A stretch of 60,931 nt of DNA from Bacteroidales bacterium (GCA_007134675.1 SLKJ01000001.1:1-60931); one strand, 5' to 3'. Positions 10,361 through 20,215 are shown, counted from the first letter of the stretch. The notes: generated from the letters alone by a model not told the origin. Translations and numbers: made by a program.

Positions 10361-10445
10361 GCGATCAGGGTTACATAATGAACCTGACCCCGGTTGTAGT
10401 GATAATAAGAGGTATTCCGGATAATTATTATTAATATCCAGGTTG

Positions 10446-11732
10446 TTATTCTCTTACTTCCCTGTAGATACCAACCAGTTTCGCGGACTGGGTGTTGATA
10501 TTGAACTTTTCCTCGACTCCCTCTCGTGCTTTCCGGCTCATCTCCTCAAGCACCTTTTTATTGCCGAGTACTTTTTCCAGTGCTGCAGCCAGCTTCAGCG
10601 GGGTATTTTCTCCACATAATAATCCTCCTCCGCCTGGTTCAATTATTTCAGGGAAAGCTCCCAGTGAGGGTTGTACAGCCGGTATACCGCTGGCCATGGC
10701 TTCTGTCAGGTAAATACCGAAGGCCTCACCGTTACGTACCGGTACCGACAGAACTGATACGCGTTCGAAGAAAATATGCCTGTGCTCATTATCAAAGTTC
10801 TCCAGAAATATAACGTCCTTATCAACTCCGGCATCTGCGATCTTCTGTTTCTGCTGCCTGATAAAAGTGTTATCGTCGCCGGTACTTCCACCACTGACGT
10901 ATAGCTTCAGGTCGTGGTTTTTGGCATCGGACTTAAGTAAGATAAAGGCATCTACCAGTATGTCAAGTCCGTTAGCCTCACACATTCGTGACAGGAACCC
11001 TATTGAGCGTGCTTTCCCGCCGGAATTTATATATTTATAATCGTCAGGATCGACTCCAAGATGAAGTGTATGAACCTTTTTGTCTTCAAGATTCATCTTC
11101 TCTTTCATAAACCGCGTAAAGTAATGGCTGACTGATACAAATGCAGCAATATCCCTGGCTTTTTCACTCATCAGTTTCCATACTGCTTCGCGGCTTGTCT
11201 CAGACATTATATCAACCCATACATCCTCATCCTGAAGCGAGCATACCACCGGTACGCCGAGTCGGCTGTTAAGCCTTCCTGCAAGTCCCAGAAGCAGAGC
11301 ATTTGAAAGGTGAATAACATCGGGCTTGTAGTTCTTTTCAAGCCAGTGCACCATTTTTTCAAGTTCATCAGCCTGCTTGCCGTGCTCACCCAGCAGCATC
11401 GATATGGTCATATCCTCCAGACCCTTTGCCCGGGTTGATCCTGCCATTTTAGCTGCCTGTTTCAGCACAGGCGTGGTATTCAGCATATTGTCAAACCACT
11501 TTGGTGCTTTCTTAAAAAGAGGGTAGGTTTGCTTAAGGTAGAGGTTTACTGCTCCGTAAAATACCGGCACGTGGTCGTTGTCTTTATCATGGCTGAACAG
11601 GGGCAGGTACATTGGGATCTTCAGAACATCATGCCCAAGTGTTTTTATTGAGCTGTAATATTTACTGTCGCGCAGGCAGTTGCCACAGTAAAAGCTTCCT
11701 CCCGAACCAGGTATGATATGGACTATCTTCAT
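10446..11732 (-). CDS. Glycosyltransferase family 4 (GT-B) with N-terminal CxxC
   Basis: PDVIHLSN, EAFGIYLTEAMASGIP (EX7E), GAFPEII; N-terminal GSGGSFYCGNCLRD. Confidence 0.88.
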   Translation of the reverse strand: MKIVHIIPGSGGSFYCGNCLRDSKYYSSIKTLGHDVLKIPMYLPLFSHDKDNDHVPVFYGAVNLYLKQTYPLFKKAPKWFDNMLNTTPVLKQAAKMAGSTRAKGLEDMTISMLLGEHGKQADELEKMVHWLEKNYKPDVIHLSNALLLGLAGRLNSRLGVPVVCSLQDEDVWVDIMSETSREAVWKLMSEKARDIAAFVSVSHYFTRFMKEKMNLEDKKVHTLHLGVDPDDYKYINSGGKARSIGFLSRMCEANGLDILVDAFILLKSDAKNHDLKLYVSGGSTGDDNTFIRQQKQKIADAGVDKDVIFLENFDNEHRHIFFERVSVLSVPVRNGEAFGIYLTEAMASGIPAVQPSLGAFPEIIEPGGGGLLCGENTPLKLAAALEKVLGNKKVLEEMSRKAREGVEEKFNINTQSAKLVGIYREVRE

Positions 11733-11834
11733 AACTTCTTGCTTTTATTATTTTTATCTTACGTTTTGCCGTTTCTTAATGCTCAGAATAAATTGTTGGT
11801 TGTGCGGATCACTGCCCGGTTTTATTACAAGGGT

Positions 11835-12986
11835 TCAGTTCCCAAGGCACCAAACTGTTCCGTCGTTGGTGCCCAATACGATTCTGTTGCCCGATATTGC
11901 AGGACTCCCCGATACCGCGCTACCCGTCTCGAACATCCACAGCCTCCTGCCTGTATTGATATCGAGCAGCAAAATGTCGCCCCTCATATTGGCTACAAGC
12001 ACCTGCCTGCCGTCTGTAACCGCCGACGATTCGACCCTGCTGCCCGTGTTTGTTTTCCATTGAACCTCTCCCGTCTTTTTATCAAGGCTGTAGACAAACC
12101 TGTCCCTGTTCCCGATGATGATTCTGTTGCCATAGATTGCAGGGGATGCGACGAATGGAAGCTGCCTCTCCTCATCAGTCCACCGCCAGAGGATATTACC
12201 CCCGAGATAATTGACTGCGGTCAAGGTCCCGTCATAGTCGCCTATATAGGCAATCTCTTCATCCAAAGCCGGTGATCCGGCCACGTAGCTGGCTATCTCA
12301 ATTTCGGGAAGTGCGTCACCCCTTTGCAGGTCAACCCTGTGCAGGTAGCCGTCGCAACCGCCAAACACCGCCAGGTCACTCTCAATTGCCACGGCTGAGT
12401 GGAGGTAGTTGTACAGCTCATATTTCCATAAACCTTCGCCGGAATCGGCATCTATGGCGTGAAGGTAATAGTCATAGCTGCCCACCAGCAGGATATCTCT
12501 TTTGCCGTCTGACCAGATGTTGGGGGCAGCCGATACCTGGTTATCGCAATCGTATTGCCATATCAGCCTTCCGCTGCTCAGGTCAAGGCAGAAGATGGTG
12601 CCCTGAAGATTGCCGATGTACACCCTGTTATTATGGATCAGGGCAGGTGCCTCGATGGTGTTGCCGGTTTCGTACTGCCAGATCAGTTTGCCATCCATGC
12701 TGAGGCAATAGACAATACCGTCTCCCGATCCTATGACAATCCTCGAGTTGTAAATAACCGGAGAGGACTTAAGGTCGAATCCGGCTTCGAAAGTCCACAA
12801 TACTTCCGGATTTGCCGGGATCTGGTTCACTGTCTTGCCCGTAAGTTGTGCATTGCCCCTGTAATTTTTCCAGTCGCCTCCGTCAGGCCGGGCCTGCAGC
12901 GGGGTAACAGCCGTGATTATGACTAAAACAATAGCAGTCATTACCGGATCATATCGTTGGCGGAACTTGCTTAAATGGTTATTCAT
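11835..12986 (-). CDS. Exported PQQ-binding-like beta-propeller protein
   Basis: Signal peptide, WKNYRGN, repeated SSPVI...G.DG.VYCL...G.LIWQY tryptophan-docking blades. Confidence 0.88.
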   Translation of the reverse strand: MNNHLSKFRQRYDPVMTAIVLVIITAVTPLQARPDGGDWKNYRGNAQLTGKTVNQIPANPEVLWTFEAGFDLKSSPVIYNSRIVIGSGDGIVYCLSMDGKLIWQYETGNTIEAPALIHNNRVYIGNLQGTIFCLDLSSGRLIWQYDCDNQVSAAPNIWSDGKRDILLVGSYDYYLHAIDADSGEGLWKYELYNYLHSAVAIESDLAVFGGCDGYLHRVDLQRGDALPEIEIASYVAGSPALDEEIAYIGDYDGTLTAVNYLGGNILWRWTDEERQLPFVASPAIYGNRIIIGNRDRFVYSLDKKTGEVQWKTNTGSRVESSAVTDGRQVLVANMRGDILLLDINTGRRLWMFETGSAVSGSPAISGNRIVLGTNDGTVWCLGN

Positions 12987-13017
12987 AATACCTCGGTTTA
13001 ATATTTTGTCAGGGGCT

Positions 13018-14625
13018 TTAATCTTTTGTTCGCTGAGTTAACTCATAATGATCATCATCAGTCCGGCTGATCCCGTTTTCGCCCTCCCTGAGTGCGATTG
13101 CCCCGGTTGGACAGGCTCCCGCCAGTATGGAGCCGGTTTTTTTAATGGCATCTTTGATGTTTTCATCAAAGGGCACTGCAATCTCTACATCGTATCCTCT
13201 TCCCATGTATGTTAATCCTGGCCTTTCGTGATATTTTGCGGCAAGCCTCACGCAGATTCCGCACCTGATACATTTACCCGGTTCAATGACAACAATGTCA
13301 TGATCAATTGTCTTTTTGACTGCTTTTCTCTCCTCGAGGCTGAACCTTCTCTGTGATGCCGCGTACCTCTGTGCCAATTTTCTCAGTATGCATCCTGACG
13401 GCTTCAGACATTCGCAGTGCATGCAGCGCAACGCTTCGCGTGCCGCTTTGCCTGCATCAAAACTCCCTCCGGATTTTACGTTGGGTTCAATCCTCTGTTC
13501 AGAGGAGACACCGTTCATATAGGCCGGGAACTCACCTTCACGAAGACGGCCGATTCGCGAATTGAACTGTTTGGTCTCACCTGAGGGACTTGAACCGCCA
13601 AGCAGCTTCTCAATGCTGAAAGCCACCTCCTTGCCCTGGGCAGCCGACCTGATGGCAAGTCTGGTGCTGCGGTTGACATTGCCCACGGCAAAAACATCAG
13701 GTATACTGGTCAGGTAGCTATCCTTATCGACAGTCACCTGTTTGCCATTGTTTGCAAGTCCCCACTTACCAACCTCCTCTGTAAAATTACCTGTGGCAAC
13801 CACCACCGCATCGTAATCCTTCACTATCTTTTCAAACCGGGCCCTGTTTACTTTGGTGCCCGGATGGTATTCAACGCCTGAATCCAGTATAAAACCGGTC
13901 TCCCGATCAAGCACCTCCCTGTCGAGGGTCTTTTCGTCGATTTCATACCTCAGGGCGCCACCCGGCAGAGGGTTGCTGTCGAACAGGGTACAGGAAAATC
14001 CTTTTACCTGAAGGTACCATACTGCCGAAAGCCCTGCGATTCCCGCCCCGATGACGGCAACCCTGCCCTCTTTTGGAGGTGCCTGCTTTACCTCTAAATT
14101 TCCTTCATCACCCGCGAAACGTTTGAGGAGGCATATTGATACCGGCTGGTCAACACCCTTGCGGTGACATGCTCCTTCGCAGGGGGTGGGGCATATCCTG
14201 CCGAGCACCGATGGCATTGCAATATCTTTCATTACCGTTTCAAGGGCTTTGTCTGCATTACCCTCTGCAATAAAACGGTTCATAAGGGGGATATCCATGT
14301 TCGCAGGGCAGGCAATCCGGCACGGTGCTTCGCAGTCGCCGACATGCTCTGACAGAAGAAGCTCGATTGCGGTCTTTCTTGCCAGCTCTATCTCTTCGCT
14401 GTCTGTTGTTATATCCATGCCCTCAGCAGCAAAAACAGAGCAGGAAGGGATGAGCGAAGAGGAGCTTTTATCTTTTACCACGCATACCATACATGAGGCA
14501 AAATGTCCTGCATCGCTGTTGTAGCACATCGCTGGTATTTCAATGCCCTCACGAGCTGCCGCTTCATACACCGTCATCCCTTTAGTTGCCGTAACTTCGC
14601 GGTTGTTTATCCTGAGTCTGACCAT
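13018..14625 (-). CDS. Fe-S flavoprotein, BfuA/NuoG-GltD hybrid (2Fe-2S, His-ligated cluster, GltD-type clusters, FAD domain, C-terminal 4Fe-4S), no catalytic domain
   Basis: IPAMC...ASCMVCVV...SC [2Fe-2S]; SEHVGDCEAPCRIACP; GRICPTPCEGAC; VAVIGAGIAG; RCMHCECLKPSGCIL; KCIRCGIC...ACPTGA. Confidence 0.82.
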   Translation of the reverse strand: MVRLRINNREVTATKGMTVYEAAAREGIEIPAMCYNSDAGHFASCMVCVVKDKSSSSLIPSCSVFAAEGMDITTDSEEIELARKTAIELLLSEHVGDCEAPCRIACPANMDIPLMNRFIAEGNADKALETVMKDIAMPSVLGRICPTPCEGACHRKGVDQPVSICLLKRFAGDEGNLEVKQAPPKEGRVAVIGAGIAGLSAVWYLQVKGFSCTLFDSNPLPGGALRYEIDEKTLDREVLDRETGFILDSGVEYHPGTKVNRARFEKIVKDYDAVVVATGNFTEEVGKWGLANNGKQVTVDKDSYLTSIPDVFAVGNVNRSTRLAIRSAAQGKEVAFSIEKLLGGSSPSGETKQFNSRIGRLREGEFPAYMNGVSSEQRIEPNVKSGGSFDAGKAAREALRCMHCECLKPSGCILRKLAQRYAASQRRFSLEERKAVKKTIDHDIVVIEPGKCIRCGICVRLAAKYHERPGLTYMGRGYDVEIAVPFDENIKDAIKKTGSILAGACPTGAIALREGENGISRTDDDHYELTQRTKD

Positions 14626-14649
14626 TTAGTGCTTTGCTTAAACTGATTC

Positions 14650-17013
14650 TTATCCTATTTTAACTGCACCTGTGGGGCAGGCTTCCCTGCAGATATTGCA
14701 CCTGGTACATTCCTTGTCGTCTATTTCATGTTTTTCATGCGGACTGAAGGCTATGGCATCGACCGGGCATTTCTGCGCGCAGATGGTGCAGCCGATACAT
14801 TCTTCGTCAACATAGTAGGTAATGAGTTCCTTGCATTTGCCGGTTGGGCACTTCCCTTCAAGGTGCGCCTCGTACTCGTCGCGAAAATACCTTATTGTTG
14901 ACAGCACCGGGTTGGGTGATGTCCTGCCGAGGCCGCAGAGGCTGCCTGCCTTTACCTGCAGGGCAAGTGTTTCGAGCTCTTCAAGTTCGCCGGCTTTTGC
15001 CTTCCCGCTGCACATCCTGTCGAGTATGTTCAGCATCCTGCGGGTTCCTACCCTGCAGAAGGTGCATTTGCCGCAGGACTCCGACTGGGTGAATGAGAGA
15101 AAATACCTTGCCATGTCAACCATGCAGTCGCTGCTGTCCAGCACCACCAGTCCCCCGCTGCCCATCATTGCCCCTGCGTCAAGCAGCGATTCGAAATCGA
15201 CCGGTGTATCGGCCAGGTAGTGAGGGAGACAGCCACCCGACGGGCCTCCTATCTGTACCGCCTTGAACTGTTTGTCGCCGGCAATGCCACCCCCGATTTC
15301 CTCAACTATCTCCCTGATGGTTATTCCCATGGGCACCTCAATCAGTCCCCCACGCCTTATCTTCCCGGCAAGTGCGAATACCTTGGTGCCCATACTTTCG
15401 GCAGTGCCTGTCGATGCAAACTTTTTTGCCCCCTGATCCATTATATAAGGCACCATTGCAAAAGTTTCGGTGTTGTTGATAAGCGTGGGCCTGCCCCATA
15501 AACCGTTTTCTGCCGGGTAGGGGGGGCGAATCCTGGGAAAACCCCTCTTGCCCTCTATCGATTCAATGAGCGCCGTCTCCTCTCCGCATACGAAAGCTCC
15601 GGCACCCTCTTTGATTCTTATATTGAAGCTGAAGCTGCTGTCAAGTATATTGTCCCCCAGCAATCCTTTGGCCACACACATCTCGATTGCCCGCCTGATT
15701 CTTTTTACGGCCAACGGGTATTCGGCCCTGATGTAAAATATGCCTTCAGGTGTGCCTACTGCCATTGCCGCAATGGTCATGCCCTCGATAATCCTGAAGG
15801 GATAGGATTCGAGAAGCATCCTGTCCATGAACGCGCCGGGGTCACCCTCGTCGCCGTTGCATATAAGTATCTTCCCTTCACCGGGTTGTGAGGCAGCCAC
15901 CTCCCATTTTTTTCCTGTCGGGAATCCGGCGCCGCCCCTTCCGCGCAGTCCGCTCTCAATAATCTCTTTTATAACTTCACCAGGCTCCATTTCAAGCGCC
16001 CGTTTGAGTCCCCCAAACCCGCCGCGGTCAATATAATCATTCAGATCAAGAGGATCAAGTACGCCCCTGTGCTCGGTGGCAATGGGTATCTGGTTTCCTA
16101 AAAAGGAGGCAACATGCTTTTCCCTCACATCTATCGAGTAGCGTTCGATGCCTTCCCAGTCGTCGTCGGTCTGTATTGTTTCTGCAATCTTTGTGATCCC
16201 GTTCCTGAGGCGTGTGAGGAGTCCGGGAGGCGCAAAATGCGACCTGACGATCGATCTCACATCGGAGGGCGAAACCTTCGCGTAGAGCTTCGATTGTCCG
16301 TTACTGCCGTCTCCGGTAACCACTTCAAGAAGAGGCACCTGGTGGCACATGCCCACGCAGCCAACCTGTTTGATATTCACATTAATCCTGTCGCGAGTTA
16401 CCGATTTCTCGACAGCATCCTTTATATCGCTGCTCCCGCTTGCAATGCAGCAGGAGCCCAGGCCAACCCTTATCTCTCCCTGGAGCTCTCCCCCCGGCAG
16501 GATGACACCCTTCTTTTTCTTATCCTTGCCTTCACGGCTGAGGAAATCCTTAAGCACATCTGCTGAATTGTTTGCTGTAACATGGCCATAGGTTGTATCA
16601 TCGATCTGGACAACCGGAGCCAGCGTGCAGCATCCCAGACATGCCACCTTTTCGATAGTGAACAGCCTCTTGTCGTCAGTCGACCGGCCAGGTGCCAGTT
16701 TCATCTCCCTGGCCATCGCGTCATGCACAAGCATGGCGCCTTTTACGTGGCAGGCTGTACCGGTGCAGACCTTTACAATATGTTTGCCGGCAGGCTCAAA
16801 CCTGAACTGGGTGTAAAAACTTGCTACGCCTGTAATTTCGGCCGGAGTGATGCTGGTGGTGTCGCATACTCTTTTAAGTGCTACCTTCGGAAGGTAATTA
16901 TACCTTTCCTGTATTGCCTGCAAAACAGGTATTACGGCACTCTTATCTTTCCCCGAAAGGGAGATTATCTCGTCAACATCTGTTTGTATCCTGCTTAGCT
17001 CGGCTTCCATCAT
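14650..17013 (-). CDS. Fused NuoE-NuoF / HydC-HydB (BfuC-BfuB) NAD(H)-FMN Fe-S subunit
   Basis: NuoE-type CTGTAC...CLGCC; second 2Fe-2S domain GSCCIASG...GCVGMC; GLRGRGGAGFPTG; NGDEGDPGAFMDR; GAGAFVCGEET; SLBB GGPSGG; ESCGKCTFCR; two C-terminal CxxCxxCxxxCP motifs. ATG 17013 preferred over TTG 17025. Confidence 0.92.
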   Translation of the reverse strand: MMEAELSRIQTDVDEIISLSGKDKSAVIPVLQAIQERYNYLPKVALKRVCDTTSITPAEITGVASFYTQFRFEPAGKHIVKVCTGTACHVKGAMLVHDAMAREMKLAPGRSTDDKRLFTIEKVACLGCCTLAPVVQIDDTTYGHVTANNSADVLKDFLSREGKDKKKKGVILPGGELQGEIRVGLGSCCIASGSSDIKDAVEKSVTRDRINVNIKQVGCVGMCHQVPLLEVVTGDGSNGQSKLYAKVSPSDVRSIVRSHFAPPGLLTRLRNGITKIAETIQTDDDWEGIERYSIDVREKHVASFLGNQIPIATEHRGVLDPLDLNDYIDRGGFGGLKRALEMEPGEVIKEIIESGLRGRGGAGFPTGKKWEVAASQPGEGKILICNGDEGDPGAFMDRMLLESYPFRIIEGMTIAAMAVGTPEGIFYIRAEYPLAVKRIRRAIEMCVAKGLLGDNILDSSFSFNIRIKEGAGAFVCGEETALIESIEGKRGFPRIRPPYPAENGLWGRPTLINNTETFAMVPYIMDQGAKKFASTGTAESMGTKVFALAGKIRRGGLIEVPMGITIREIVEEIGGGIAGDKQFKAVQIGGPSGGCLPHYLADTPVDFESLLDAGAMMGSGGLVVLDSSDCMVDMARYFLSFTQSESCGKCTFCRVGTRRMLNILDRMCSGKAKAGELEELETLALQVKAGSLCGLGRTSPNPVLSTIRYFRDEYEAHLEGKCPTGKCKELITYYVDEECIGCTICAQKCPVDAIAFSPHEKHEIDDKECTRCNICREACPTGAVKIG

Positions 17014-17021
17014 TTTAACTT

Positions 17022-18878
17022 TCAATTACCTATGCAGTAAAGATAGTCCTCCCCCCTGATGTAAATTCTGCCATCGGCAAAGGCCGGGGTTGTATAAACC
17101 TCCTCGCCGAGAGAGTTCTTTACCAGAAGGTTCGGTTCTCCTCCTGTTTCAAATATGTATGTGTTACCACTGATATCGGTAACATAGAGCCTGTTGCCTG
17201 CAACCACGGGTGACGAATAGAAAATGTCATCGGCATCGTACTCCCAGAGCTGCTCGCCTGTCTTTGCATCCATGCAGGCAAGCACCGCATAGGTTGTTGC
17301 GATGAAAACATATCCGTTACCATAAACGGGACTTGCCACCTCAGGCAGGTAGAAGTTATCTTCCCACACTACAGTTCCCGTTTCCGGGTTGATGGCGGCC
17401 ATGGTGGCATATTCGTTGGCCGCGAAAACAAATCCCCCGCCAAATGCCGGAGAAGGCCCGACCTCGCCTGCCATGGCGCTTACCGACCACAGCTCCCTTC
17501 CTGTTTCAATGTCGTACCCTGCCACTATGGGGTTTCCTTTGGCCACGAGCTGATAACTGCCGTTCACGTTGGCCAGTATAGGGGAGGCCCATGAGACATT
17601 TGATTCCCTTTTTATGTCCCAGATGGTCTCGCCTGTCAGGACGTTGAGGGATAGTATCCTGCCCTGGTCAAGATCGTCATACTGCACAAACAGTTTTTCA
17701 CCGTAAGAGATAAGTGATGAAGAGTGGCCGTAATGGTTATCGGGTACACCCAGATTCCTTGCCCACAGACGGTTTCCCTCCATGTCGAGCGCTATGATAT
17801 CGCCCGTACCGAATATCGCATATACGCCAATCCCGTCGGTGGTGGCAGACGGCGCACCCAGTCCGGTATCAGGCGTGGTTCTCGGTGGTGTTGCCGGCGA
17901 CCCGGGGATGTTATCGGCCGAAGCTTCCCAAAGGAGTTCGCCGGAATGTCTGTTGAAACAGAATACCTTTCTCTCACGGTCGTCGGCCCCGGTAAGGAAC
18001 AGCCTGTCGCCCCAGATTACAGGCGAACTGAAGGCGTGCAGGGGGACGGGCACTTTCCACAGAATGTTGGTGCCCGATTCTCCGTCCCATTCCATGGGCA
18101 GGTTTTCATGGAATACTACCCCGTTGCTCCAGGGTCCTCGTATTGCATTATGATTCTGCCTGATTGTGGTTGCACCGGGGAAGGAGGGTGCGGTGGGTGT
18201 GGCCGGAGCCAAGTCAGTCACGGGAGGGTCGGCAGGGGCCTCCTCCGGGTCTTCTTCTTTGGTTCCGGGTTCTTCGGTTTCAGGATCTTCGGGCGATGGG
18301 GCAGGGGTGGGCCTGGTATCAGTTGGCCTGGTATCGGGATCGGTTATTGTAATGCGTTCAACGTGGTCTCCAGACTCTGTGGGAGGGGGAAGATCGGACA
18401 GGTATCTTTCAAGAGGATCTGAAACGGTAAATGTTGCCAGCAGTGCAATTGCTATAAGTATACCGGTTCCTGCAAGTATCCATCGGCGTGAAAGTGCCCG
18501 ACTGGTAATGTCGTTGGTTTCTTCTTCCTTATCGGGTTTTTCAATTTTGTCAATAAGTGAATAGTAGATTCTGAGAGCGCCCACAAGGATAATGGCGGCA
18601 AAGAGCAGAAGCATGCCGCCTGTCCTGACCTGCCAGAGACTGGTAAAATAGGCCTTCCTTGCCAGCAGGTCAAACTGCCTGATCTCCTTTTTAAGCTGTT
18701 CGTTGCCGGGCTCCAACGCCAGCCTTTGCACAAGGGTTTCCATTACCTCACTATCCAGCGGGTCAGCTGATTGCATTTGCAGAAAGTTGAGAAGCAACAG
18801 CAGGCTTATCACAATGCAAAATGCACCTGCTACCGTAGCTGACTGTTTTGCAATTTTTATTTTGTCGCCGATGTTCAT
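17022..18878 (-). CDS. Membrane-anchored PQQ-binding-like beta-propeller with Pro/Glu-rich linker
   Basis: Three N-terminal hydrophobic helices, linker DPDTRPTDTRPTPAPSPEDPETEEP, then FSSPVIWGDRLF and YTTPAFADGRIYIR blades. Confidence 0.87.
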   Translation of the reverse strand: MNIGDKIKIAKQSATVAGAFCIVISLLLLLNFLQMQSADPLDSEVMETLVQRLALEPGNEQLKKEIRQFDLLARKAYFTSLWQVRTGGMLLLFAAIILVGALRIYYSLIDKIEKPDKEEETNDITSRALSRRWILAGTGILIAIALLATFTVSDPLERYLSDLPPPTESGDHVERITITDPDTRPTDTRPTPAPSPEDPETEEPGTKEEDPEEAPADPPVTDLAPATPTAPSFPGATTIRQNHNAIRGPWSNGVVFHENLPMEWDGESGTNILWKVPVPLHAFSSPVIWGDRLFLTGADDRERKVFCFNRHSGELLWEASADNIPGSPATPPRTTPDTGLGAPSATTDGIGVYAIFGTGDIIALDMEGNRLWARNLGVPDNHYGHSSSLISYGEKLFVQYDDLDQGRILSLNVLTGETIWDIKRESNVSWASPILANVNGSYQLVAKGNPIVAGYDIETGRELWSVSAMAGEVGPSPAFGGGFVFAANEYATMAAINPETGTVVWEDNFYLPEVASPVYGNGYVFIATTYAVLACMDAKTGEQLWEYDADDIFYSSPVVAGNRLYVTDISGNTYIFETGGEPNLLVKNSLGEEVYTTPAFADGRIYIRGEDYLYCIGN

Positions 18879-18946
18879 TTTATATCCTGTTCTTTCTGTT
18901 TTATTTTATTGTATTGCCTGAGACTGCCAATCTGTTTTCTGCCTGA

Positions 18947-20215
18947 TCATTTCTGCACGGGGCAATACTTCATGCAGCGGCCGCAACTATAGCAGTCGCC
19001 TCTGTTCGGTTCATAATCGGTTCTCCTCCTCACTATATACTGGGAGATGAGGAACAACCCGGCCACCAGACCGATGAAAACCCCTGTAAACCATGCTCCT
19101 GTATAGAATGATGCCTGTATTTCACCTGCTGATTCAACCAGTTCGTCGATGGTCCGGTCTGATCCAAGAAAGGTCTGTACGTCCAGATTGTTGAGGTCAT
19201 CCATAACTTCCGGGTTATCGATAAGAAGGTGGGCAAGGTATACATCAGGATGGGCCTTTGCCAGGAATACATGTGAGGAGGAAAGTGCGAGTCCACCTAT
19301 CAGCATCAGCAGTGGTATAATTGCTGCATAGAGCATGAACCTGCCTGTACGGCCCTTTATATCATGTACGAGCTTGTCGGGTGTCGGTTTGTCAATGGCT
19401 CCGAAGGGACATGAATCAGTACAGAGTTTACACTGTATACACTGGTTCGGGGTAATCGAAAGGTGGCGCTTTGAGAATATGGACGTGACCTTCAGAAGCG
19501 CGCCGTAGGGACACACAAACCTGCAGTAGGGCCTTGCCACGAACATACCGGTCAGCAGGAAAGATATACCAAGGACTATAAGGTGGAATTCTGCACCCAT
19601 CCTGAAAATCCCTACGAAAGGATCATAGCGGCATATAATAAAGTCTGTGCCGGTGGCCGCGTAGAGCACTGCAAGTGCCAGGTAGACAAAAGGGAACATT
19701 CCAAGGGATTTCTGAATCCATACCGGAACACTGACAGGCCTGACTATCACAAGGTCCTGTATGGCACCAAGGGGACATGCAGAGCCACAAAAGACTCTGC
19801 CGAATGAAAGACTGAAGATAAGGGGAAGGATGAAGAATGCAATTACCGTATAGGAGACTGCATATGAGGGATCGGACAGTGACAGAACCATGTTTTGCGG
19901 TGAGCCGACCGGACAGATACAACCATTCCGCCAGAAGCCGAAATAGAGCAGTGCGCCGACTGACATCCAGAGGATCCATTGCCTGGAGCGTTTTTTTATC
20001 ACGACCCAGGAAGTTACCAGCAAAAAGAGGAGCAGCACGATCACATCACCATATTCAAGGGCAAGTGCCCTGGGCTCAGGAGTTATGACGTCGGGCAACT
20101 CATAGCCGGATTCAAATTCCGGGGCTGGGAAACGTTGCTGGGAAAAGGTTTCTTCAGGTATTGCTGTTGCCAGCAAAAACAGCAGGAGGGGTAATATGAT
20201 GGATGTAAGCTTCAA
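18947..20215 (-). CDS. Membrane 4Fe-4S protein, NapH/MauN-like
   Basis: Multiple TM helices; CICPVG, FCGSACPLG, YCRFVCPYG; ferredoxin motifs CIQCKLCTDSCP and CYSCGRCMKYCP. Confidence 0.85.
   Translation of the reverse strand: MKLTSIILPLLLFLLATAIPEETFSQQRFPAPEFESGYELPDVITPEPRALALEYGDVIVLLLFLLVTSWVVIKKRSRQWILWMSVGALLYFGFWRNGCICPVGSPQNMVLSLSDPSYAVSYTVIAFFILPLIFSLSFGRVFCGSACPLGAIQDLVIVRPVSVPVWIQKSLGMFPFVYLALAVLYAATGTDFIICRYDPFVGIFRMGAEFHLIVLGISFLLTGMFVARPYCRFVCPYGALLKVTSIFSKRHLSITPNQCIQCKLCTDSCPFGAIDKPTPDKLVHDIKGRTGRFMLYAAIIPLLMLIGGLALSSSHVFLAKAHPDVYLAHLLIDNPEVMDDLNNLDVQTFLGSDRTIDELVESAGEIQASFYTGAWFTGVFIGLVAGLFLISQYIVRRRTDYEPNRGDCYSCGRCMKYCPVQK

Noticed and set aside
13018-17025. Respiratory complex I nuoEFG, [FeFe]-hydrogenase, formate dehydrogenase or glutamate synthase
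   Set aside because: No other nuo genes, no H-cluster motifs, no Mo-bisPGD domain and no gltB; the GltD-like part lacks its NADPH domain.
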